Assembly: GCA_963674825.1 (NCBI GenBank)
Contig: OY771587.1
Span: forward strand, 2,656,001 to 2,720,000
Direction of reading: 5' to 3'
Length of the DNA stretch: 64,000 nucleotides
From: Candidatus Cloacimonadales bacterium
GTDB lineage: Bacteria; Cloacimonadota; Cloacimonadia; Cloacimonadales; JAIOQZ01
How positions within the stretch are numbered: position 1 is the stretch's first letter; each line of letters begins with the position of its first letter. The notes below the pieces were generated by a model, which ran no database searches, had not been told where the DNA came from, and saw nothing but the letters and a program-made list of their open reading frames with translations. Below are positions 37,003 to 46,905 of this stretch, one piece after another. The position numbers and the translations under genes were made by a program.

Positions 37003-38127
37003 TCATTTCCTTTCATAGAAACGATGGATCGCTTCGCAAACGCGATCGACATCGCCGAGAGTAAGATTGTAATGCATGGGCAGCCTCAGGATGTGGTTGG
37101 CTGTCTCGATCGTAACCGGTAATTCGTCTCCATCGTACGTGCCGTTCCAGTATGGTGCCAGGTGCAGCGGTTGGTAGTGGAAGGCCGACTGGATGCCTTT
37201 CTCGTGCAGGTAATCGATAAGCTCCCTGCGCTCGACTTCCGATTCGCAGAGAATGAAAAAGGCGTGGCCATTGGGCTGTGTGTTCTGCGGGATGGACGGC
37301 AGATTTTCCGGTGGCAGCACGGATCGCAGGTTTTTCAGGTAGCGGTTGAACAGCGTAAAGCGGTAATTGGTCACGTCTTTCAGCGCGTCCAACTGGGCGT
37401 GCAAAAATGCTGCCTGGAGTTCGCTGGCGAAGTAGTTCGACCCCGGAAGCTGCCATGTGTATGCGGCTACTTTGTTCTCCTCGAACCGGCTTCTATCCGT
37501 GCCGCGATCGCGGATCATGCGCACGCGCTCTATCAGCTCCGGGTGCTGTACGATCACCGCACCGCCTTCACCGCAATGGATGTTCTTGGTTTGGTGAAAG
37601 CTCAGGGTGGAAATATCGCCGTAGGTTCCCAAGAGCTTGTCGTGATACTGTGCGTCGATTCCGCAAGCGTTGTCTTCCACAAGGTAGATACCATGGCGGT
37701 CGCAGATTTCGCGGATGCGGATCATCTCACACGCGATACCGCTGTAATGGACTGCGATGATGGCTTTGGTGCGCTCGGTGATCAGCGCTTCGATCATATT
37801 CTCATTAATGTTACGAGTGTCTTCACGGATTTCGCACCACACCGGCTGCACGCCAAGTCTGACAAACGCCGTGGCGGTTCCTACGTGGGTGAACGACGGT
37901 AGGATTACCTCGTCACCAGATTTCATCTGCATGGCGAGAGCTGCGATCTCCAGCGCAGCGCTACACGACGAAGTAAGGAGCGCGATTGGGGCACCATACA
38001 TATCTTTGAGCCGTGCTTCACAGCTCAGGCCGAAGTCGCCGTTTCCGCAGAAGTAGTCCGAGGCGAATACCTGCTGGATGTTCAGTTCTTCCTGTCCGGT
38101 TATCAGCGGTCGGTTGAAAACAATCAC
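37003..38127 (-). CDS. wecE: dTDP-4-amino-4,6-dideoxygalactose transaminase (DegT/WecE family)
   Basis: LLTSSCSAALEIAA, SFHQTKNIHCGEGG (PLP lysine), GTDRSRF, YTWQLPGS, FHYQPLH; GTG start overlaps the upstream TGA. Confidence 0.85.
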   Translation of the reverse strand: MIVFNRPLITGQEELNIQQVFASDYFCGNGDFGLSCEARLKDMYGAPIALLTSSCSAALEIAALAMQMKSGDEVILPSFTHVGTATAFVRLGVQPVWCEIREDTRNINENMIEALITERTKAIIAVHYSGIACEMIRIREICDRHGIYLVEDNACGIDAQYHDKLLGTYGDISTLSFHQTKNIHCGEGGAVIVQHPELIERVRMIRDRGTDRSRFEENKVAAYTWQLPGSNYFASELQAAFLHAQLDALKDVTNYRFTLFNRYLKNLRSVLPPENLPSIPQNTQPNGHAFFILCESEVERRELIDYLHEKGIQSAFHYQPLHLAPYWNGTYDGDELPVTIETANHILRLPMHYNLTLGDVDRVCEAIHRFYERK

Positions 38128-38813
38128 GATGAACCTCCCCATATGTATCGCGGACTGGCATTACCCACGTTCAACAGCAGATCGAGGATACTCACACGGT
38201 GCTCGAAATCGCCGTATGGCTGTGGGTAGATGGGATACTCGGGATACTGGAAGAACTCGACACCAATTCCCTCTTTCTCGAAGAGTGCGACATCCAGATA
38301 ATTTTTTGCTGCTGGGCCAGAAACATAGATATCTGCCTCCAGCTCTCTGGCGATGGATAACAGACGCAGGTTACGATCCTCAGAGACGGTAAAATCCTCA
38401 TCACCGTGAAAAGTGGTTTCGATACCGAGTAGTACGCTGATTTTCTTGATAAAGTAGCGGTTGAGCTCGTAAAGGTTGTCCCAGCTTCGATCCAGGTACA
38501 CGTCTTGCAACAGATCGTTGAAATGATCGAATCGCCTGCATGTATGATAGTTATGGCATATTGTCATGTAATGCTTCTGCTGCCAGTCGGTTCCGTCAAT
38601 CTTTGCTTGTGCTATCGATGTTGAGCGATCAGCGCGCACCGGCACCGTGAGCCACAACAAGCCTTCACGTGTCTTGATTAGATTGCGGTTACGCCAATCG
38701 CGCGTGGTGTATTGTACCGAATCGAGGAAAACGAAATCGTCTACGTCATGGATGATGTGGAAATAGCCCTTCCATGGGATGTAATTGGACTGGAGAATCG
38801 CGACCTTCTTCAT
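38124..38813 (-). CDS. WbqC-family protein
   Basis: ILQSNYIPWKGYF, DWRNRN, WLTVP, YVSGPAAKNYLD, SILDLLLN. Confidence 0.9.
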   Translation of the reverse strand: MKKVAILQSNYIPWKGYFHIIHDVDDFVFLDSVQYTTRDWRNRNLIKTREGLLWLTVPVRADRSTSIAQAKIDGTDWQQKHYMTICHNYHTCRRFDHFNDLLQDVYLDRSWDNLYELNRYFIKKISVLLGIETTFHGDEDFTVSEDRNLRLLSIARELEADIYVSGPAAKNYLDVALFEKEGIGVEFFQYPEYPIYPQPYGDFEHRVSILDLLLNVGNASPRYIWGGSS

Positions 38814-39466
38814 CGTGCCTTCCTGAGAAATCTGGCCGGGTTTCCGACGCGTATATCCATTGTATCCATGTCTGACAACAGCACCGATCCCATACCAAGT
38901 GTGGAGTATTTTTTGAGGTGCAGACCTTCGCGCACGGTGGCATTCAATCCGATGTGAACACCATCATCAATCACAACGCGTGAGCTGATGCAGCTTTGTG
39001 CGGCAAAGTGACAGTAATCGCCGACGACGGAGTCATGACCGATGGATGCGTTAACCATTACAAGGCAACATTTACCTAGGACTGCTTCCGACGAAATAGA
39101 AGCGTTGGGCATTACGACGGTACCGCTTCCAAGCCTTGCGCTGGGTGCGACATACGCCATGGGATGAACGAAAGTGAGGAGTTGTTCGTCTGGAATGTTC
39201 AGCTTATCAAAGAGGGCGATCCGACCTTTTTGTCCATCGATGCGGTAGATGGTGTACACGAAATGGTAGCCCTCGTCGATGAACGCGGCAATCTCTCCTG
39301 TTGTTCCCAGCACGGGCCAGGAGCCGATTGTGTCGCCTTCCTGTTGGCGGTCGTTCAAGAATCCGGCAACGATGGGGTCGTCATCGTGACGATGGGCATG
39401 GGTGATGGCGTCGGCGATCACGGTTCCATTCCCGATACCGCCGATTATAATCACTCGTTTAGGCAT
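38810..39466 (-). CDS. NeuD/PglD-type sugar acyl/acetyltransferase (hexapeptide repeat)
   Basis: N-terminal IIGGIGNG Rossmann-like part, HP motif, SIGHD, hexapeptide repeats, GNPAR. Confidence 0.85.
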   Translation of the reverse strand: MPKRVIIIGGIGNGTVIADAITHAHRHDDDPIVAGFLNDRQQEGDTIGSWPVLGTTGEIAAFIDEGYHFVYTIYRIDGQKGRIALFDKLNIPDEQLLTFVHPMAYVAPSARLGSGTVVMPNASISSEAVLGKCCLVMVNASIGHDSVVGDYCHFAAQSCISSRVVIDDGVHIGLNATVREGLHLKKYSTLGMGSVLLSDMDTMDIRVGNPARFLRKAR

Positions 39467-39469
39467 GAT

Positions 39470-40324
39470 TTACTCCGATTCGATTTTGAAATGCGGCTTG
39501 AACCGGCACAGGAAGCGCTTATCCTTTATCAGCAATGAGAGGATGAATCCAATAACCGCGAGTGTTCTGAGAAACCGGTTCTTTGTGCAGGAATAAATAG
39601 TGACGGTTTTCGCTATTCCCAGCAGACCTAACACCTGATGAGGTATTCTCCCGAAGACAAAGATTCTCGTCATGGCCAATGCAAGGAGCTTTCGTATAGA
39701 ATAGGTACTGCGATTACCGGGACGCGACTCGCGTTCGAGCTTGATTGTCGCCCAACTGCATCCGCTGGCGTGCAATTGGCTCAGCAGCGTTCCTGGCTGG
39801 ATGGGCTTACGGAAGATCGGATCCAGGCAATCGCGCCGTAGGATGCGGAAAACCCCGGCACAGCGAGGATTGCGAATGGTTGTAAGCCGGTTTGACAGCA
39901 GATAGAAGCCAATGGACGCGAGGTTGCGCCGCAGATTCTGGTTAGACTGCGGTCTGCTGGCGATGACCATGTCGATCTGCGAATCGAGGATTCGCTGGTA
40001 GAGAACCTCAATGTCCTCGGGCTTGTCCTGAAGGTCGCTGTCCATGACCACGCAGTATTTTCCTCGGGCGCGGGTCAGTCCGGCTGCGATTGCGTTCGAT
40101 TGCCCATAATTCCTGATCAGCTTGATTAGCCGGATATGGTTGTATTGTTCCATTTGCTGGCGGATGATCTGAACCGAGTCGTCGCGACTTCCGTCATCGA
40201 CGAGTAGTATTTCGTATTCGAGTTCCATTCGGGTCATGGCTTCGCTGGTTCTCCTGATGAACTCGGTGATGAACCGCGAGCCGTTATAAACAGGTGATAT
40301 TACCGATATCTGGATGGATTTCAT
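39470..40324 (-). CDS. GT2 polyprenol-phosphate glycosyltransferase (GtrB/ArnC-like)
   Basis: ISPVYN, VDDGSRD, RNYGQSNAIAAGL, MDSDLQD; C-terminal hydrophobic segment. Confidence 0.85.
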   Translation of the reverse strand: MKSIQISVISPVYNGSRFITEFIRRTSEAMTRMELEYEILLVDDGSRDDSVQIIRQQMEQYNHIRLIKLIRNYGQSNAIAAGLTRARGKYCVVMDSDLQDKPEDIEVLYQRILDSQIDMVIASRPQSNQNLRRNLASIGFYLLSNRLTTIRNPRCAGVFRILRRDCLDPIFRKPIQPGTLLSQLHASGCSWATIKLERESRPGNRSTYSIRKLLALAMTRIFVFGRIPHQVLGLLGIAKTVTIYSCTKNRFLRTLAVIGFILSLLIKDKRFLCRFKPHFKIESE

Positions 40325-41271
40325 TGTGCGCCTCCCGCGAGAATGTCCTGTTTTCGTATGTTATCGTGGATGGAGAGTATTCCGCCGATCAGTGCGGGGA
40401 TACCAGCCATAATCAGGAAATTGAGAATCGATATGGCGATTAGATCGGCAGGAAGGATGTTCAGTCTCTGGTAGAAGAAGATAAAAGCGCTTTCTCGGAT
40501 ACCGAAACCGCTGGTTGTTAGCGGAATCAGCGCGATTGTCTGGATAAGTGGCACAAAACAAAGGTGTTGTATAAAAGGCAGTGGGTGCCCGAATAATAAA
40601 AAAAGGAAATGGATGTTCAGGATGCCGAAAAGCTGCACGAGCAGGACAAAACCAATACCCCGAATCAAATACGTGCGGTTTGCCTGTGCCAGCAGATTCG
40701 CAAGCCTCCGGAATTTCAGCATGATTCTTTGCGGTAGATTACCACCGTTGCCTTCTTTGACACTGACCTTACGGACAATCATGAAAATAGCTATCAGGCC
40801 TGTGATAATAATGACGAGGGAAATCCGTAAAATCCAAATCCATTCGATGTCGTTTAAGAAAAGGCTTGCGAGCAGCGCCAGCGTGAATAGGCAGAAAACC
40901 CCCATGAATTTACCCAGGATTACCGACCCGATCGCGGCTTTCGTATCGATTATGCGCATCAGGATGTAGGCGCGAATGAGCGCGAAGCCGTCAGCGGAAG
41001 GCAAGAGCACACCCCAGAAGATCGAAACAAAGTTGATACGAATAAGGCGCGATAGTGGGTAGTTAACCCCAAGTGCATTCAACATGTAATGCCAGCGGAA
41101 TCCGGCGAGAACGGGTATGCATAGAATCGTGATCAGCAGGCAAGGTATCAGCCACACAAAGTTGCCGTCTGTAATCCGAATCTCGCTGAAGGTGACGCGA
41201 TATCGAATTACAAGAAAAGTGAGTAGTGCTACTGCGATCAGCAACTGAATCCATTTAAAAGCCTTTTTCAT
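40321..41271 (-). CDS. LPG-synthase-TM/UPF0104 flippase-like membrane protein
   Basis: RW motif, LPS..G, IPLTTSGFGIRE; about 8 TM segments. Confidence 0.8.
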   Translation of the reverse strand: MKKAFKWIQLLIAVALLTFLVIRYRVTFSEIRITDGNFVWLIPCLLITILCIPVLAGFRWHYMLNALGVNYPLSRLIRINFVSIFWGVLLPSADGFALIRAYILMRIIDTKAAIGSVILGKFMGVFCLFTLALLASLFLNDIEWIWILRISLVIIITGLIAIFMIVRKVSVKEGNGGNLPQRIMLKFRRLANLLAQANRTYLIRGIGFVLLVQLFGILNIHFLFLLFGHPLPFIQHLCFVPLIQTIALIPLTTSGFGIRESAFIFFYQRLNILPADLIAISILNFLIMAGIPALIGGILSIHDNIRKQDILAGGAQ

Positions 41272-42173
41272 TACCGCATGATCTCCGCCATACGCTGTAG
41301 CGAACGGGCCATCGGCTCAGCGATCGCTTCGTCTAGCACGACCTCATTCTTCTCGTTTTCAAGTGCGTCGATTGCCAGATCGAGATGATTCAGCTTCATG
41401 TCCTCGCACTGCATGCGGGGACTGAGCGGCACCAGCGATTTTTCCGGGAATCTGTGCCGAAGCTGCTCGTATAGGCCGATCTCTGTTCCGATAATGCAGC
41501 GATCATTGTGCTGCACATAATCGATCATCTGACTGGTAGAGCAGACCACATCCGCGAACTTGCATACGTCCAAGCCACATTCAGGATGCACCAGAAGAGT
41601 ATAGTCCGGATATTTCTCTTTCATTGCCTGGGCTTCTTCCAGCTCAATCTGATGATGAACGTAGCAATAGCTATCGAACATGATCAGCTTGCGGCCTGTT
41701 TTATATTCTACCCAGCGGCCGATGTTGCGGTCGGGAATGAAGATGATCTCCTTATCCTCGGGAATACGGCTAACCAGTTCCACACAGTTCGCTGACGTAC
41801 AGGTGATGGTGCTTTCCGCCTTGAGTGTCGCAGGTGAATTCACATAGCAGACGACTTCCGCGTCGGGATGCTCATCGCGTAGCTTTCTGAGGCTAAAAGG
41901 GTTCTGCATGTTCGCCAGTCGGCAATCCGCGGTGGGATGCGCCATCAGTACTTTCTTCTCCGGGTTGAGCAGCTTGGCTGTCTCTCCCATGATGCGGATG
42001 CTACACACCAACAGCATCTTCTCGTTTCGCGTGGCAGCGACTTTTGCCATTTGCAGTGAATCGCCCACGTAATCCGCTACCTCCTGAATGCTGTAGTCCA
42101 CGTAGTTATGCGCCATGACGAAGCAATCTTTCTTCTGTTTCAGCTCGATAATCCGGTTCTGTTTCGTGTCCAC
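41271..42173 (-). CDS. nadA: quinolinate synthase-like [4Fe-4S] protein
   Basis: AHNY, GDS, ETAKLLNP, YVNS, CTSAN, HPEC, IGTE; three cluster cysteines (ADC, SYC, MQC). Confidence 0.85.
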   Translation of the reverse strand: MDTKQNRIIELKQKKDCFVMAHNYVDYSIQEVADYVGDSLQMAKVAATRNEKMLLVCSIRIMGETAKLLNPEKKVLMAHPTADCRLANMQNPFSLRKLRDEHPDAEVVCYVNSPATLKAESTITCTSANCVELVSRIPEDKEIIFIPDRNIGRWVEYKTGRKLIMFDSYCYVHHQIELEEAQAMKEKYPDYTLLVHPECGLDVCKFADVVCSTSQMIDYVQHNDRCIIGTEIGLYEQLRHRFPEKSLVPLSPRMQCEDMKLNHLDLAIDALENEKNEVVLDEAIAEPMARSLQRMAEIMR

Positions 42174-42182
42174 GAGTACTCC

Positions 42183-43454
42183 TTATTCATAATGATTGCC
42201 GATCTTCGATCGAATAAACGGTGTTTTTCCACCCTTCGTTTTTTCCAATTCATCTACGATTTCAAAATCTATCTTCATGCTGCTGCCGATTCGCTTACGC
42301 AAACCCTGTTCCAGCGCGTCCTGAGATACTTCGGAATATTGATCGTCCACTACCAGGCGAAAAGTGATATGATCCAGTGCGTCCTGTACGCATTGTGATA
42401 CAATCACGCCTTTTGCCTGATCTACCGAGTGCGACATCACCGCGCCCAGGATGCGCCCGTCCGGCGTGATGATGTGGTCGCAAGCTTTTCCCTGTATCTC
42501 TTTCACCTTGCGAAATGGTCTTCCGCAAGCACAGTTTCCAACTTCCAGCGAAACCAGATCGCGCGTTTTGTAGCGAATCAATGGCATGGAATAGTTATAA
42601 TAGCTGGTTCCGATGAGCCTCCCATCCTCGACTTCCATGAAGCTGAAATCTTCGATCAGGTGCAGCGATCCGTGCTCGCACTGGGAGATCATCGCGCTGC
42701 ATTCGTGCATGGAGTGGAAATCGAACACGGTGGTCTTGTAGAGCGACTCAATCTGCTGCCTGCGGTTTTCGGAGAGCTTCTCACCATATGTGATAACACT
42801 TTTTGGAGAGGGGATCGAGAGTCCGGCATCGGATGCGAATTGCGCGATCATCATGATGTCGAACGGGAATCCGATTATGAAGCGTGGCGGTTTTTTATGC
42901 AGGTATTGGATCAGTTTCAGCGCTGATTCTTTTTGCAGCCTGTTGGAATCGAACCGAATAACGTTGTAAAGCTTATTATGCTGGAAATCGTTCTCCTTGA
43001 AATAGTAACTCTGCACCGATAACGTGCGAATACCGGGACGATAGCCTGCCCAGCCGAAGCTCCGCAGCAGTGCGGCGATCTTGTTTGCCTGAATGGCGTT
43101 GCTCAGCACAAAATGAAGCGGCGTTCCGGTGGAACCGCTGGTGGAGTCCCATGTGATGCCATAGCGTTTAGCCTGGTCGGAGAGCAAGTCCTCCTTTCGA
43201 GTGCGGACAGTTTCTTTGTCCAGGGTGGGAATCCGGTGCATATCCTCGATTCCCTTAAAGGTTGCGGTATCCAAGTCGATCTCGCTGAATAATTGCTTAT
43301 AGTACGGGACATGCGCTCCGGCGTATCGAATGAGGCGGATCAATTGCTCGTTCTGCATAGCTCGCAGTTCCTCCGCACTCCGGAATTGGGATTTCCGGTA
43401 GTATCGTAGCCGTTTCAGGACCGCGAAGGGGATTTGCAGGATCGATTTTTCCAT
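42183..43454 (-). CDS. phenylacetate-CoA ligase/CapK-like adenylating enzyme
   Basis: VPYY, TSGSTG P-loop, MPLIRY, GK..FI C-terminus. Confidence 0.85.
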   Translation of the reverse strand: MEKSILQIPFAVLKRLRYYRKSQFRSAEELRAMQNEQLIRLIRYAGAHVPYYKQLFSEIDLDTATFKGIEDMHRIPTLDKETVRTRKEDLLSDQAKRYGITWDSTSGSTGTPLHFVLSNAIQANKIAALLRSFGWAGYRPGIRTLSVQSYYFKENDFQHNKLYNVIRFDSNRLQKESALKLIQYLHKKPPRFIIGFPFDIMMIAQFASDAGLSIPSPKSVITYGEKLSENRRQQIESLYKTTVFDFHSMHECSAMISQCEHGSLHLIEDFSFMEVEDGRLIGTSYYNYSMPLIRYKTRDLVSLEVGNCACGRPFRKVKEIQGKACDHIITPDGRILGAVMSHSVDQAKGVIVSQCVQDALDHITFRLVVDDQYSEVSQDALEQGLRKRIGSSMKIDFEIVDELEKTKGGKTPFIRSKIGNHYE

Positions 43455-43455
43455 G

Positions 43456-44346
43456 TCAGGTCCGGATCATTTTCTGGATATGTTCGTAGCGTTCGATGGT
43501 GTTTCTTGCTTTCTTGAGCATGGGGGGGCCGATGAAGCGTCCGTTAATCACAGCAACGCCTTTCTCTTGTGACTTCGCCAGATCTGTCAGGCGCACCATC
43601 TCCAGTGCTTCCGTGTATTCATCTGCCGAGGGAGTGAAGTGCCGGTGCGCAGGCTCGATCTCCTTCGGGTTCAAGAGCAGCATGCCCTCGAAACCGAGCT
43701 TGCGCGCGATATCGAGGTTGTATTCCAAGTTCTCCATGTTGTGGACATCGACATGAACGGTGTCGATGGGGATGATCCCATGTGAACGTGCGGTGATGGC
43801 TATCTTCGCACGGGGATAAAACAAGCTCTGCGCTTCTGGGTCATGCACGCCATGAAGATCGGTGATGAAGTCTTCGCAGCCGAACGCGATCGCGATGATG
43901 CGCTCCGATGCGCGGCAGATAGAGTCGAGATTAACGACAGCGCCACAGGTCTCGATGATGGGGACAAGCTTGAGCTTGCCCGATTCGATCTGATTTTCGA
44001 TCTCGACAACGTGCATGAGGTGGTCGATGAAAAAGATATCCTTGGCGGTGTAGGTTTTTGGGAAGACGAACCCGGTGATAGCCAGCGGGGCGAAGGTCTT
44101 GACTTCGTCGTTGAGAAACTTGCTATCGACGTCGTTCAGCCGGATGAAGATATGTTTGCCGGTGAAGATTCCTTCTTCTATAAGCTCTTTGCAGAGTCCC
44201 CTCGCCTTGATTTTGTTTGCATCCGGTGTAACCGAATCTTCCATATCGAGGATAACTGCGTCTGTATCGGTAGTAGCGGCTTTACGAAGCAGGCGCTCGT
44301 TGTGTCCCGGTACGAATAGCATTGAACGCAATATATAATCACACAC
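43456..44346 (-). CDS. CitE/malyl-CoA lyase-like (HpcH/HpaI aldolase-citrate lyase family)
   Basis: RSMLFVPG, ILDMEDSV, IIET, FGCEDF, GFEGM; GTG start. Confidence 0.88.
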   Translation of the reverse strand: MCDYILRSMLFVPGHNERLLRKAATTDTDAVILDMEDSVTPDANKIKARGLCKELIEEGIFTGKHIFIRLNDVDSKFLNDEVKTFAPLAITGFVFPKTYTAKDIFFIDHLMHVVEIENQIESGKLKLVPIIETCGAVVNLDSICRASERIIAIAFGCEDFITDLHGVHDPEAQSLFYPRAKIAITARSHGIIPIDTVHVDVHNMENLEYNLDIARKLGFEGMLLLNPKEIEPAHRHFTPSADEYTEALEMVRLTDLAKSQEKGVAVINGRFIGPPMLKKARNTIERYEHIQKMIRT

Positions 44347-44806
44347 GCCTACCTCCTTTTGGGATCAGAACGTTTCGCACAAAGGAGAGTACTTCCGCGC
44401 CATTCTGATTGAACGCTCGCGTACGAACCCGGACGATTCCGCGGTCAGATTTACTGTGTGAGGCACGGACATCGAGTATTTCGGAGGAAGCATGAATGGT
44501 GTCACCGATAAATACTGGCGCGGTATGGCGAATCTCCTCGTAATCGAGGTTCGCGACAGCCTTTCCGCTGATATCACGCACAGTCATGCCCACGACGACA
44601 GAAAAAACGAGCGTTCCAACTACCACGCGCTCTTTGAATTGCGTTGTCGATGCGTATTCGCTATCGAGGTGAAGCGGGTGGTGATTCATGGTCAAAAGAC
44701 AAAAGAGATTGTTATCGCTTTCGGTGATTGTTTTACCAGGATAATGATCGATCATCTCACCATTTGTAAAATCTTCCAGAAACCTGCCATAATCGTTTGC
44801 TTTCAT
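44339..44806 (-). CDS. MaoC-family (hotdog) dehydratase
   Basis: GRFLEDF, KTITESDN, MNHHPLH, PVFIGDT, RGIV, NQNG. Confidence 0.88.
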   Translation of the reverse strand: MKANDYGRFLEDFTNGEMIDHYPGKTITESDNNLFCLLTMNHHPLHLDSEYASTTQFKERVVVGTLVFSVVVGMTVRDISGKAVANLDYEEIRHTAPVFIGDTIHASSEILDVRASHSKSDRGIVRVRTRAFNQNGAEVLSFVRNVLIPKGGRRV

Positions 44807-44942
44807 GATTCTTCCCTCTCATAAGATCAGATGCAAATTCAGTTCCAATTTTTCACAATATTTAACGATTAATACGCCTGATTTTTATAGAAGAGAAACG
44901 GGCCGGAGTGCAAGAATGATATAACGTAAGATCAAATCAGCA

Positions 44943-46898
44943 TCAGGATTGCTGATTTCTGGTGAGATAATCCCTTCCTCGCTGGGTTATAACGCGATAA
45001 TCTCCTCTACGAACCGTGACGCCCTCACGATCGAATTTATTGATTAACAGGAGACAGATTTTGCGATTTCCGTCGATCAGATCACGGAAAGTTGCGACGG
45101 TTGCGCCTTCTTCGTTCTCGAGAAGATGTTCGAGCAGAATACGTCTGCTGTCGTCAACGATACTGGCGTGGATAAAATTTGCGTCCAGGTTGTACGCTTT
45201 GTTTCTGAATACCAGCAGTTGCAGGATCTGCTTGAGCTTAAGCTCGGGGATGCCCTGGTCGAGAGCGGCTGGCACCATTTGTGACCATAATGGCGTCTGC
45301 ATCTGGCAATCGAGAAGGAATTTTTCGATGAAGTCGATCTGCTGGATATCGCGAGGTGTGAGCTTGACATCGTGCGACTTCAATGCCCAGGTGTGTCCGA
45401 TGCGCTTGAGCTCGCTCTCTGCTTCAAGCTGCTCCAGCACGAGCTGCATGACCGCTTCGGTGGTGGAATCGCGATGGACACCGAAGATACCCATCAATTC
45501 CTCGAACGATCGTCCGCCCTCATCCAGCGGATTCCGTTTGTGATAAGTATTCAGATAGCGGATGATCTTCAGCCGAAGCTTGTCGTATCGCTTACGTTCC
45601 ATCAGGTACGCGACGCTCGGTGTGGAAAGCAGCATGATATCTTCAGGCATATCGCCGGCAATGGCCTTGTCGATCTCAGTACCTGAGATGTTCAGGAGAT
45701 TGGATAGCTCTTCGCTGGTCATGGGGGAGAGGCGTTTGCGGACTTCCGCGGCGATGAGCTCGGGAATGCCGCCCTGTACAACTTCTTTGAGCTTATGGAT
45801 CAGCTCTTCCGGGCGTCTGCGGTGATGCAGTGGATGCGCGTCGATAACTTCACCGCCACCAAGCGTAAGGTCGCTGGAGCTGTTACGGATAACAAATTTA
45901 TCGCCATGCATCAGCACGGCAGGTGCTTCCAGGTGGATCTGAACGATTGCAGTGTCGCCGCCGTCGAGGCGGTCTTTGTCGATGAGGTGGACGCGTGCCT
46001 GCCCTGCGTAGGTTCCCAGCAGGAATATGACCTGCGACCAGAGGTTAAGCGGTTTGGCATGATCGTAAAGCTTAAGCCGGGCGTCGATCATGCGCGTGGA
46101 AGGCAGGATGCGGTCGCTGACCAGCATGCCGCGCTTGTATTGGTCGATATCGAGACCGACCAGATTCATGGAAGCACGGTCACCGGTTGATATTCGCTGC
46201 ACTTCGCCACCGTGGCGTTCAAGCCTTCTGGCACGTAGTTTGTCACCGGTCGGGAGCAGATAGACGTTTGCTGAACGGTTCAGTTCTCCGCTGATCACTG
46301 AACCATTGACGATGGTTCCGTGGCCGGGAATGTTGAAAATACGGTCGATATACATACGGAAAATTTCACCTGATTCCCGTTCCGGGATATCCTGTGATAT
46401 TGCTTCCAGATGCTCGATCAATTCTGGGATGCCCTCGCCGGTTTTCGCGGAGACCTTCACGATAGGTGCGTTTTCGAAGGCGGTATCTTCCACCAACTCA
46501 CGGATATCGATTTCAGCGAACTCGAGCAATTCCTGATCGACCAGGTCTATCTTGGTAAGAACGATGATACCCTTTTCGATGCCGAGGGTGCGGATGATCT
46601 GAAGATGTTCGCGTGTTTGTGGCATCACGCCGCTGTCTGCCGCGATGACCAGCAATACAAAATCGATTCCGCTTGCGCCGGAGACCATCGTATTGACGAA
46701 GTCCGCGTGGCCCGGGACATCGACGATGCCGAGGCTGTTTCCGCTGGGGAGATCGAGGTGACTGAATCCCAGATGGATGGTGATTCCGCGCAATTGCTCT
46801 TCTTTATGGGTGTCGCAGTTGAAGCCGGTGAGCTGCTCGATGAGTGTGGTTTTTCCGTGGTCGATATGACCGGCTGTCCCCATGATCAGGTGTTTCAT
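44943..46898 (-). CDS. selB: selenocysteine-specific elongation factor
   Basis: GTAGHIDHGKT, RGITI, DVPGH, TKID, DRIF, TLGGGEV; C-terminal winged-helix region. Confidence 0.95.
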   Translation of the reverse strand: MKHLIMGTAGHIDHGKTTLIEQLTGFNCDTHKEEQLRGITIHLGFSHLDLPSGNSLGIVDVPGHADFVNTMVSGASGIDFVLLVIAADSGVMPQTREHLQIIRTLGIEKGIIVLTKIDLVDQELLEFAEIDIRELVEDTAFENAPIVKVSAKTGEGIPELIEHLEAISQDIPERESGEIFRMYIDRIFNIPGHGTIVNGSVISGELNRSANVYLLPTGDKLRARRLERHGGEVQRISTGDRASMNLVGLDIDQYKRGMLVSDRILPSTRMIDARLKLYDHAKPLNLWSQVIFLLGTYAGQARVHLIDKDRLDGGDTAIVQIHLEAPAVLMHGDKFVIRNSSSDLTLGGGEVIDAHPLHHRRRPEELIHKLKEVVQGGIPELIAAEVRKRLSPMTSEELSNLLNISGTEIDKAIAGDMPEDIMLLSTPSVAYLMERKRYDKLRLKIIRYLNTYHKRNPLDEGGRSFEELMGIFGVHRDSTTEAVMQLVLEQLEAESELKRIGHTWALKSHDVKLTPRDIQQIDFIEKFLLDCQMQTPLWSQMVPAALDQGIPELKLKQILQLLVFRNKAYNLDANFIHASIVDDSRRILLEHLLENEEGATVATFRDLIDGNRKICLLLINKFDREGVTVRRGDYRVITQRGRDYLTRNQQS

Positions 46899-46905
46899 GA
46901 ATGCC

